Part shown: positions 24,773 to 31,712 of the stretch, piece by piece
Layout: each line of letters opens with the position of its first letter
Numbering within the stretch: the first letter of the stretch is position 1
Origin: an uncultured Candidatus Saccharibacteria bacterium
Lineage (GTDB): Bacteria > Patescibacteriota > Saccharimonadia > Saccharimonadales > UBA10212
Direction of reading: 5' to 3'
Length of the DNA stretch: 64,000 bases
Assembly: GCA_964483315.1 (NCBI GenBank)
Contig: CAZAAL010000001.1
Coordinates: 122,850-186,849, forward strand
Translations under genes and position numbers: made by a program
Notes under the pieces: generated by a model
What the model was told of the DNA's origin: nothing
The model's input: only the letters and a program-made list of their open reading frames with translations
The model's database searches: none

Positions 24773-25086
24773 CTAAACAGATTTACTGAATTTGACCAGG
24801 CAGGGATTTATAAGTTGGAGCTAACCGCAACGCCGTTGTTACCGATGCCTATAAACGTTGGCTTTTTAAGCGGGGAGCTATGTGATTGTATGGATGCATG
24901 CTTTTTATGGCAAGCAAAATTTATTAAAGCAACCCAACCAATTTATGAGTAGCTAATAAAAGTATAACCTAAATAATATCTAACTACATAATTGGTACAT
25001 ATGTTAAAAAAATGTAGATGGTTTTAGATATAAAAATAACGCCTATGGGGCGCTTTTTCGAATAATTTAAATTAAAAGTTTGTCTC

Positions 25087-25120
25087 GGGAGGGGTGGTCT
25101 CTTTCGAGACCACCCCTCCC
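25087..25120 (-). terminator. GC-rich hairpin terminator of the foreign gene
   Basis: Perfect 15-bp stem gggaggggtggtctc / gagaccacccctccc with loop tttc, located 10 nt after the minus-strand stop. Confidence 0.6.
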
Positions 25121-25130
25121 TCGCACCGAA

Positions 25131-25838
25131 CTACTCCACCTCGAGGGTGTAGTCGAGCGGGTTCGACCGGACCAGGCCGGCACCGACCGAATCGACGCTC
25201 ACCACCTCTCCACCGTTGCCGGTGGAGACGAACCTACCGGTGGGCTTGCCACCGGCACAGGTCAGGAAATGATTCCCGACCTTGAAGTCCGTCTTCTGGC
25301 TCTTGCTGGCCACTGGCACGCGTGCGCCGGCGTCGAGCTTCTTCTGGGCGACTGCGCGAGAGACGATCTCGATCGAGTTCGGACCCGCGCCGTAGCACAG
25401 GAAGAAGCTTCGATCGCTCATCTGCACGCACTGCCCGCGGGCGACCAGGTAGATCCAGTAGCCTGGATCGAACAGCCCTTCCGGGCTGTCGTATCCCGGC
25501 TCCGGGATGAAGTACAGCACCTTGTCCAGGGGCTGGTAGTAGCCCAGGTAGAGGGTGCTCCTGCTGCCGGGCAGCTGGATCGCGAGCTCGGCGATTCCCT
25601 GCGTCAGGGTCTTCGACCCGTCCTCGTAGTAGATGGTGGTCGGGAGGACTCCTTCCTGCTGGTCGAGGAGCTGGCCGAGCCCGGTGGTTGCCTGGTCGGG
25701 CGTTCCGCCCTTCAGGCAGTACACCGTGTCGGCCGGAGGCATCACGATGTCGTCGCCGCCGTTCGCCAGCGCGGTGCTGGTGAGGACGCTTGCCGTCAGG
25801 ACGAGCCCGACGACGAGTGCGATGAGTCTCTTCAAGAG
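25131..25838 (-). CDS. secreted hypothetical protein encoded in a high-GC (about 65%) foreign island
   Basis: Signal peptide MKRLIALVVGLVLTASVLTSTALA if the TTG start at 25836 is used (GGAGG SD lies 8 nt upstream). The ORF track gives a GTG start at 25844. Codon usage is GC3-rich, unlike the surrounding genes. Confidence 0.65.
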   Translation of the reverse strand, partial: LLKRLIALVVGLVLTASVLTSTALANGGDDIVMPPADTVYCLKGGTPDQATTGLGQLLDQQEGVLPTTIYYEDGSKTLTQGIAELAIQLPGSRSTLYLGYYQPLDKVLYFIPEPGYDSPEGLFDPGYWIYLVARGQCVQMSDRSFFLCYGAGPNSIEIVSRAVAQKKLDAGARVPVASKSQKTDFKVGNHFLTCAGGKPTGRFVSTGNGGEVVSVDSVGAGLVRSNPLDYTLEVE

Positions 25839-25927
25839 ACTCACCTCCTTTCGGTTGTTGAGTTGTATTCGGTGCGCGAGTACATCAAAAAAGCTGTAAA
25901 AGCCCTTTTTGATGTCTCAGAACCAAT

Positions 25928-25956
25928 ACTTTACTAGAAAATTAATAAAATGTCAA
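25928..25956 (-). promoter_or_regulatory. sigma70-like promoter (TTGACA-17-TAAAGT) driving the foreign gene
   Basis: Minus-strand TTGACAttttattaattttctagTAAAGT lies in AT-rich native-like sequence abutting the GC-rich island. Confidence 0.45.
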
Positions 25957-25976
25957 TATATAAACTAATGTTATTA

Positions 25977-26252
25977 TTAAACAACTACGCCGTAAAATCC
26001 TTCAAGCAATTTATAAACTACATAGGCTGGCCACACCAAAGCTTTTAAAAAGCCTGTAACAACGGCGCCAAAACCAACAGCGGCTTGCATCCAATAAACT
26101 AATGCCCCAACAAAGCCAACAAAATAAAGTGCTCCGCTTGTACCATGGTTAGATTTGTTCCCAGGTTTTTTGCTCCACTCTTTCCACTCTTTTGCGCCTT
26201 TTACTCTGGCCTTTATTTCGATTTGTGGGTCTTCTGATTTTTGCTTTGCCAT
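25977..26252 (-). CDS. small membrane protein
   Basis: 91 aa, two hydrophobic helices, K-rich N-terminus. Confidence 0.45.
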   Translation of the reverse strand: MAKQKSEDPQIEIKARVKGAKEWKEWSKKPGNKSNHGTSGALYFVGFVGALVYWMQAAVGFGAVVTGFLKALVWPAYVVYKLLEGFYGVVV

Positions 26253-26303
26253 GATCGCTCCTTTTCGGTTATATTTTTTATTATAGACGAGTATAATTAA
26301 AAT

Positions 26304-26561
26304 ATGAGCGCTAAAAATTTAGAAGGAAAATGTGACAGCTGTTTAATGCCATTTAAAAAAGACCCAAAAGGTGCAGACCGCGAGCATGAAAATTATTGTA
26401 GCTACTGCTACTATGATGGCAAATTGGCTTATGAGGGCGATGATGTAAACGAGTTCAAAAAAGCGATGGTTGATGCCATTACAGCCAGGGGAGAAAGCAA
26501 AACTAAAGCCAAACTATATGCCTGGATGGCTGGTTTTGCCCCACGCTGGAAAAATAAATAA
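26304..26561 (+). CDS. zinc-ribbon-like small protein
   Basis: CDSC...CSYC cysteine pairs. 85 aa. Confidence 0.45.
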   Translation: MSAKNLEGKCDSCLMPFKKDPKGADREHENYCSYCYYDGKLAYEGDDVNEFKKAMVDAITARGESKTKAKLYAWMAGFAPRWKNK

Positions 26562-26574
26562 ATTCTAAAAAGAA

Positions 26575-26805
26575 TTATTCGCCGAGCTCTTGCTCTTTGA
26601 TTTTTTCGACTGCTTTATCGGCTTCGCGATCTTCAGCTGTAACGTTTTTATCTTTTAAGAACAGTACGACTATTAAAGCCAGTAGCCATGATATAACCCA
26701 TGACAACAGTAAAAACAAGATAAAACTGTAGCCTTTTCGTCTTGCAAGCATCGCTGGCCAAAACGCTAACACCACCCAAATAAATATTCCTAAAACCCAA
26801 AGCAT
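26575..26805 (-). CDS. small membrane protein
   Basis: 76 aa, two TM helices. Confidence 0.4.
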   Translation of the reverse strand: MLWVLGIFIWVVLAFWPAMLARRKGYSFILFLLLSWVISWLLALIVVLFLKDKNVTAEDREADKAVEKIKEQELGE

Positions 26806-26894
26806 AAAAACTCCTAATTTAATTTGTATATGTATCTAAGTTAACACAAACTTCAATTAGGCAATAATCACGATCAAACATTTATAATAGTTTT

Positions 26895-27206
26895 ATGAGC
26901 AATAGCAAAGTTACAGGCGGAGTAGTCCATGAAGTTCCGGATGATCTAAAAAAAGCCTTAAAGGCAGATAATTCTGCGCTAGAGCGGTGGGAGGATTTAA
27001 CCCCGCTTGCACGCAATGAATGGATTTGCTGGACTATAACCGTAAAGCAACAAAAAACTCGGGATGAGCACGTTAAACGAGCAGTCAAGGAGCTTAAAGA
27101 AGGTAAACGCCGACCTTGTTGCTGGATTGGTTGTATCCACCGAAAAGACAAGAAGATTAGCCCATCAGTACAATGGGCGCTCGACAAGCAATCAAAATCC
27201 AAATAA
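26895..27206 (+). CDS. YdeI/OmpD-associated family protein
   Basis: LERWEDLTPLARNEWICWTITVKQQKTRDEHVKRAVKEL matches the YdeI family core. It is preferred over the fully overlapping minus-strand ORF. Confidence 0.55.
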   Translation: MSNSKVTGGVVHEVPDDLKKALKADNSALERWEDLTPLARNEWICWTITVKQQKTRDEHVKRAVKELKEGKRRPCCWIGCIHRKDKKISPSVQWALDKQSKSK

Positions 27207-27240
27207 TTATAAATAGCAGACCGCTGATATACTAATCAGC

Positions 27241-27633
27241 ATGAATGAAGACTTAAAAAACTATCACGATAATTTAGTTGATGGCCGGCGAAAAATTTGC
27301 GACCAACTGTTTGAAATCATTAACAAAAATTTATCGTATACCGAAAGCAAAATCTGGCATGGTCATCCTGTATGGTTCATAGCTGGCAACCCGATTGTTG
27401 GCTATAGTTCACTAAAAGCAGGTATTAAATTAATGTTTTGGAGCGGAGCTTCTTTTGAGCAAAGTAATCTGGAACCAGGGACGGGTAAATTTAAAGACGC
27501 CAGCATAACTTACACTGACTTAAAAGATATCAATTCTGTGGATTTAAAGAGGTGGCTACATTTATCAGAGCAGATTCAGTGGGACTATAAGAACATTGTC
27601 AAAAGAAAAGGTAAACTCAAAAGGCTAAAATAA
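27241..27633 (+). CDS. DUF1801 (YdhG-like) domain protein
   Basis: 130 aa with a WHGHPVWFIAGNPIVGYS core. Confidence 0.45.
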   Translation: MNEDLKNYHDNLVDGRRKICDQLFEIINKNLSYTESKIWHGHPVWFIAGNPIVGYSSLKAGIKLMFWSGASFEQSNLEPGTGKFKDASITYTDLKDINSVDLKRWLHLSEQIQWDYKNIVKRKGKLKRLK

Positions 27634-27687
27634 AATTCGAGCATCCTATCTATTTTAGGGGACCATAAAAGAGGCCAAGCTAATTAA

Positions 27688-28416
27688 CTAGCGGTCTTCT
27701 TCTTCGTGGTCTTCGCTGTCTTGTGAGTCGTCACTATCTTCGTTTTCGTGGTCTTCATCTTCGTCTTCATCCTCATTTTCGCTTGAATCTTCAGCTTCAT
27801 CGTCTGAGCTGTCATCCGAATCTTGTTTTGGCTGACCCTTTATCTCGGATTTTAGTATTGATCCGCCTGTCGCGTTAATCTCAATTTTTGATCCGTCTTG
27901 GTATTCGACTTTATAAACGACTTTTTTGTCCTCGACTTCCATTTCGATAGTTTTAATTGGGCTTGAGGATTTTGATGACGCAAGATTATAGGCATCTGCG
28001 AGTGATAGGGTAATTGCAACTCCTGAAGGGATTTTATCGTCATCGCTAATATCAGTAGTTTCGCTAGATATAATACTGCCGTTGTTAGCATCTATGACCA
28101 TTTTTTTGCCGTTACTCAGAACAAGTATGTAAACGTATTTGCCGTCTTTGCTTTCAAGAACAAACTTTACAATTGAAGTGTTAGTGTTTACACCTGCTAT
28201 TTGACCGACCTCATCAATAGTTTTTAGGCTGTTAAGATTTTCTGGCAGTGGTTTGACTTGGTTAGATTGAGAATTATTATCTATATGATTTTGGGTTTTA
28301 TTTGATGATGTTACGCGCCAAGCACTAAATCCTATAACTGATAAGACTGCTACCGCCATAACGATTAAACCCAAGTGCGCCAATCCAGCTTGGTTTTTGT
28401 TGTTTATTTTTTTCAT
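27688..28416 (-). CDS. PepSY-like secreted protein with poly-acidic (D/E/S) C-terminal tail
   Basis: Signal/TM N-terminus. Two PepSY-like beta-rich modules (KYVYILVLSNGKKMVIDANNGSI). C-terminal DSDDSSDDEAEDSSENEDEDEDEDHENEDSDD. Confidence 0.5.
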   Translation of the reverse strand: MKKINNKNQAGLAHLGLIVMAVAVLSVIGFSAWRVTSSNKTQNHIDNNSQSNQVKPLPENLNSLKTIDEVGQIAGVNTNTSIVKFVLESKDGKYVYILVLSNGKKMVIDANNGSIISSETTDISDDDKIPSGVAITLSLADAYNLASSKSSSPIKTIEMEVEDKKVVYKVEYQDGSKIEINATGGSILKSEIKGQPKQDSDDSSDDEAEDSSENEDEDEDEDHENEDSDDSQDSEDHEEEDR

Positions 28417-28619
28417 GACATTTTTGCCTTTGTTTTGTTAATAGATAATTAATTATGATTATGTTTATAAAAATTGTCAAGTTGCAACAGATTGGCTTGG
28501 CATCGGGGACTAAAGGTTTTTGGCGTAACATTTAATATCCGTGTTAGTTGTAAAACCTTTGAAAAAAGTCTATTGCGACAATCGGAATTTTTAAAACATC
28601 TTCATGGTATAGCTTAGTT

Positions 28620-28934
28620 ATGTATACCACAAAAAAAGACAAGCGAACTTATGCCGATAGAAGAGATTATCTAATTAAAGCCGTTAGTAATCGACGCAGG
28701 ATACTTAAGCAAAGATCTATTGAATATAAAGGTGGTAAATGCCAGATTTGTGGCTATAAAAGATTCCAAGGTGCTCTTGATTTACACCATATTGATCCAA
28801 AAACAAAAGAATTTGGCATAAGCTATAAAGGTTATTCAAGATCGTGGGTAAAAATTCAAACTGAACTAGATAAATGTATTCTAGTTTGTGCGAATTGTCA
28901 TAGAGAGATTGAGGGCGGTTTTATCACCATTTGA
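28620..28934 (+). CDS. HNH endonuclease (free-standing)
   Basis: CQICGYKRFQGALDLHHIDP...CANCHREIE is an HNH ββα-metal motif. 104 aa. Ends 13 nt from the 3' end of the intron-containing tRNA. Confidence 0.75.
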   Translation: MYTTKKDKRTYADRRDYLIKAVSNRRRILKQRSIEYKGGKCQICGYKRFQGALDLHHIDPKTKEFGISYKGYSRSWVKIQTELDKCILVCANCHREIEGGFITI

Positions 28935-28946
28935 TTTACATTTCTC

Positions 28947-29245
28947 TGGCTCCGGGGACTGGATTCGAACCAGCGACCTAGTGGTTACACCTTAATCACT
29001 ACTTTCATAATGTGTGGACTATCTTATCATCCGATTACTCGGAGCAGGGCGCTAATGAGAGTTTATTGTTAGGCTCACTCTCTAGTCTCTGAACCTTCCA
29101 AGATCCTTTATCCTAATTTTGGCTTGGCTGCAGATTAGCATATCTTGCGACTTAGCTTTCCCGCAATTCACCCTATTTTCGAGTTTGGTTACCCAAACAA
29201 GCTGCAATTTTACAGCCACCCGCTCTACCGCTGAGCTACCCCGGA
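28947..29245 (-). tRNA. tRNA-Asn(GUU) interrupted by a 224-nt group I intron in the anticodon loop
   Basis: 5' half (minus strand) is TCCGGGG-TA-GCTC-AGCGGTA-GAGC-G-GGTGG-CTGT, at 29212-29245. 3' half is TAA-CCACT-AGGTC-GCTGG-TTCGAAT-CCAGT-CCCCGGA-G-CCA, at 28947-28987. Joined, they give a 75-nt cloverleaf with loop CUGUUAA, U1-A72 and G73, closely matching bacterial tRNA-Asn. Confidence 0.8.
28988..29211 (-). mobile_element. group I self-splicing intron (IC3-like, similar to the cyanobacterial tRNA-Leu intron core)
   Basis: Core motifs GGGAAAGCUAAG, GCAGCCAAGCC and GGUUCAGAGACUAGAGAG are present. The 5' exon ends in U (GCUGU), which can pair with intron GCAGC (P1). The intron ends in G (AAGGUG). 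There is no internal ORF. Confidence 0.7.
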
Positions 29246-29342
29246 ATAAGCCAGAGAAATATAAACCATATTTTTAATGAACAGTTGATTAACAGATGAG
29301 ATTATACGTACGTTATGGTTTAAAATCAACTACGAAAGCAAA

Positions 29343-29372
29343 TCGAGCCTGCTCGCGAACAGGCTCGATAAT
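29343..29372 (-). terminator. hairpin terminator after the fasciclin gene
   Basis: cgagcctg ttcgcgag caggctcg: an 8-bp GC-rich stem downstream of the minus-strand stop at 29391. Confidence 0.45.
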
Positions 29373-29390
29373 GGCTGTGTTTAATTTTAA

Positions 29391-29975
29391 TTAACTAGGT
29401 AACAATACGCCGTTTATGATATGAACTACACCGTTTGATGCATCAACATCGGCTTTTTCAACAGTAACTTTATTACCTTTTGCATCTATCAAGTAGACTT
29501 TTCCGTCGGCTATGTCGACAGTTAATTTACCGCCCTGTACAGTCGTAATCTCTTGCCCGTCTTTAAGATCTTGTGCAAGAACTTGACCTGATACAACATG
29601 GTAAGTCAGGATGGCCTTTAACTGGTCGATGTTCTCAGGCTTTAGTAGTGTATCTAGCGTACCTGCTGGCAACGCTTTAAAGGCATCATCAGTTGGCGCA
29701 AAGACGGTGTATGGTCCCTCGCCTTGCAATGTTTCGACAAGTTGAGCTGCCTTAACTGCGACAACTAAAGTTGAAAGATTGCTAGTTTCGGTTGCAAGAA
29801 CAACAATATTTTTACTTTCTTCTTGCTGATTGGCTGATTCGTTTTGTGATGAATTGGATTCGTTGTTATTTGAATCGTCGCTATCTTTATTTACAAACCA
29901 GAATATTCCGCCGGCTACTAAGATTAGTGCTACAACTACCCCAATTATTTTTCCAGTATTTGATTCGTTTGGCAT
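29391..29975 (-). CDS. fasciclin (FAS1) domain protein, membrane-anchored
   Basis: TVFAPTDDAFKALPAGTLDTLLKPENIDQLKAILTYHVVSG. N-terminal TM plus an N/S/Q-rich linker. Confidence 0.85.
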   Translation of the reverse strand: MPNESNTGKIIGVVVALILVAGGIFWFVNKDSDDSNNNESNSSQNESANQQEESKNIVVLATETSNLSTLVVAVKAAQLVETLQGEGPYTVFAPTDDAFKALPAGTLDTLLKPENIDQLKAILTYHVVSGQVLAQDLKDGQEITTVQGGKLTVDIADGKVYLIDAKGNKVTVEKADVDASNGVVHIINGVLLPS

Positions 29976-30025
29976 TTATTTAACTCCTTGATTTAGTGTT
30001 AATCGATCTAGTTACCCTCATTAAT

Positions 30026-30658
30026 TCATAGGTTACCTCCTGTTGAACTTAGGCTTCTATAAATAAATCGATGGATATAATTAACAATTTTTTTGCGTTC
30101 ATTGCCCGAAGGTGGGTCAGGGTAGTATTCAAGCAAAAACCCGTTTATAGCATGCGTGACCACCTTAGCCTCTGCAACTAAGTTTGAGTTTTTAATTTTG
30201 AATTCACCAGTTTTATTGCCTAGCTCTAAAACCTCAAGAATATGCAGGTAGGCGGTGGCTGGGACATAGCCATCTTTATTGCGAATAAACTCAGGCCTAA
30301 AATGAAGATAAAATTTAAGAATAAAAATTACGTCTTCAATATTTTCGAACTGAAAGTTAATTCTATCTTTAAGCGACTGATTAGCGGTTTTTTGGATGGG
30401 CAATACAGCACGCTTAATGCCCAAATCTTTACTAAGTCTATTAAACAAGTACTCTAACAGCTCATCTTTATCATTGAAGTAGTAATAAATATTGGACAAA
30501 TTGACTCCGCAATCTTTGGCCAGATTACGCATCGATAGACCCTCATAGCCTGAAGTAGCAAAAATTGATTTTGCCGAATCTAAAATTTTTTGTTTTGGAG
30601 ATACTACTAATTTCTGGGGAAGAGCAGATTTTGGTTTGGCCAATTGTTTTTTTGCCAT
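30026..30658 (-). CDS. TetR/AcrR family transcriptional regulator
   Basis: KILDSAKSIFATSGYEGLSMRNLAKDCGVNLSNIYYYF (HTH). Confidence 0.85.
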   Translation of the reverse strand: MAKKQLAKPKSALPQKLVVSPKQKILDSAKSIFATSGYEGLSMRNLAKDCGVNLSNIYYYFNDKDELLEYLFNRLSKDLGIKRAVLPIQKTANQSLKDRINFQFENIEDVIFILKFYLHFRPEFIRNKDGYVPATAYLHILEVLELGNKTGEFKIKNSNLVAEAKVVTHAINGFLLEYYPDPPSGNERKKIVNYIHRFIYRSLSSTGGNL

Positions 30659-30783
30659 TTTAACTTGTCCTTATTCAGTCATATCATTATTTAATTAATC
30701 GAACGCTCGTTCTAATATATATTACAAGCAAGTAGGCTGTCAACAAGTTTTTTAAATCTAGGTATAAGACTTATACTGTTGTT

Positions 30784-31584
30784 ATGGAAGTATTTCAGGC
30801 AATTTTACTAGGAATAATTGAAGGTTTAACCGAGTTTTTGCCCATTAGCAGTACCGGACATTTGATTGTATCTGCCGAGTACATGAGCTTTAAAGACACT
30901 GCCGAGGTGTTTACCGTGGTGATTCAGTTAGGCGCTATGGCTGCGGTTGTCTGGAACTACCGTGAAGATCTATCCAATAAAACCGTCGGACTATTTAAGG
31001 GGAATGACTCATCAAAAAAATTCTGGCTAAACTTACTGATTGCTACTACCCCTGCGGTAGCTTTAGCATTGGCCTTATCTAGTTATCTTGATGAAATAGC
31101 CACGGCTGGCGTAGTCGCGGTTGCTCTAATTCTTGGCGCATTTGTGCTATGGTGGGCGGATTCTATTAAACCTAAAGCTGGTCAAACACCCACCAGGTCA
31201 ATCGCTAAAATTACTTCGAAACAAGCACTAATAATTGGGATAGCCCAATGTCTATCGTTAATTCCTGGAACTTCGCGCTCAGGATCAACTATTGTTGGTG
31301 GCTTAATTGGCGGTCTCGACCGAGTAACAGCGACTGCCTTTTCGTTTTATTTAGGCGTGCCAGTTTTAGCGCTTGCTGGTGCTTATAAACTGATTTTTCA
31401 AGGAGATGAAATAGCGAATGTTAGCGGTGGCTGGCTTAGTATAATTGTTGGTACAATTGTGGCATTTATTACGGCGTTAATTGCTATAAGGTGGCTGTTA
31501 AAATACGTCTCGACTCATAGTTTTGCAATTTTTGTTTGGTACAGACTAATCCTCGGGATTTTGATAATTATATTGCTTGTGTAA
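30784..31584 (+). CDS. uppP: undecaprenyl-diphosphate phosphatase
   Basis: MEVFQAILLGIIEGLTEFLPISSTGHL is the BacA/UppP signature. Confidence 0.9.
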   Translation: MEVFQAILLGIIEGLTEFLPISSTGHLIVSAEYMSFKDTAEVFTVVIQLGAMAAVVWNYREDLSNKTVGLFKGNDSSKKFWLNLLIATTPAVALALALSSYLDEIATAGVVAVALILGAFVLWWADSIKPKAGQTPTRSIAKITSKQALIIGIAQCLSLIPGTSRSGSTIVGGLIGGLDRVTATAFSFYLGVPVLALAGAYKLIFQGDEIANVSGGWLSIIVGTIVAFITALIAIRWLLKYVSTHSFAIFVWYRLILGILIIILLV

Positions 31585-31712
31585 AAACACTTGTCAAACA
31601 GATTAAATTGCTTATACTTAATTATTAGTATCACTGACACACAAATAATTTAACAAAAATTGTGCAGTGGGACTCGCACCCTACTACTGTGAATAAGATA
31701 AAAATAACCTGG

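Noticed and set aside
25035-25053. Weak hairpin AACGCCtatgGGGCGCttttt upstream of island 1
   Set aside because: The stem is only 4-5 bp. It might terminate spurious plus-strand transcription, but support is insufficient.
25824-25842. 19-nt palindrome GAGTCTCTT-C-AAGAGACTC overlapping the start of the foreign gene
   Set aside because: Single occurrence. A 1-nt spacer cannot form an RNA hairpin. It is probably chance within coding sequence, though an operator cannot be excluded.
25080-25937. 285-aa plus-strand ORF spanning the GC-rich island
   Set aside because: Typical high-GC antisense artefact (R/L/A/G/D-rich, no SD). The minus-strand frame has an SD, a clean signal peptide, a terminator and an upstream promoter.
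26882-27202. 106-aa minus-strand ORF
   Set aside because: Fully overlaps the plus-strand YdeI-family ORF, which has a recognisable family signature. The minus frame is low-complexity.
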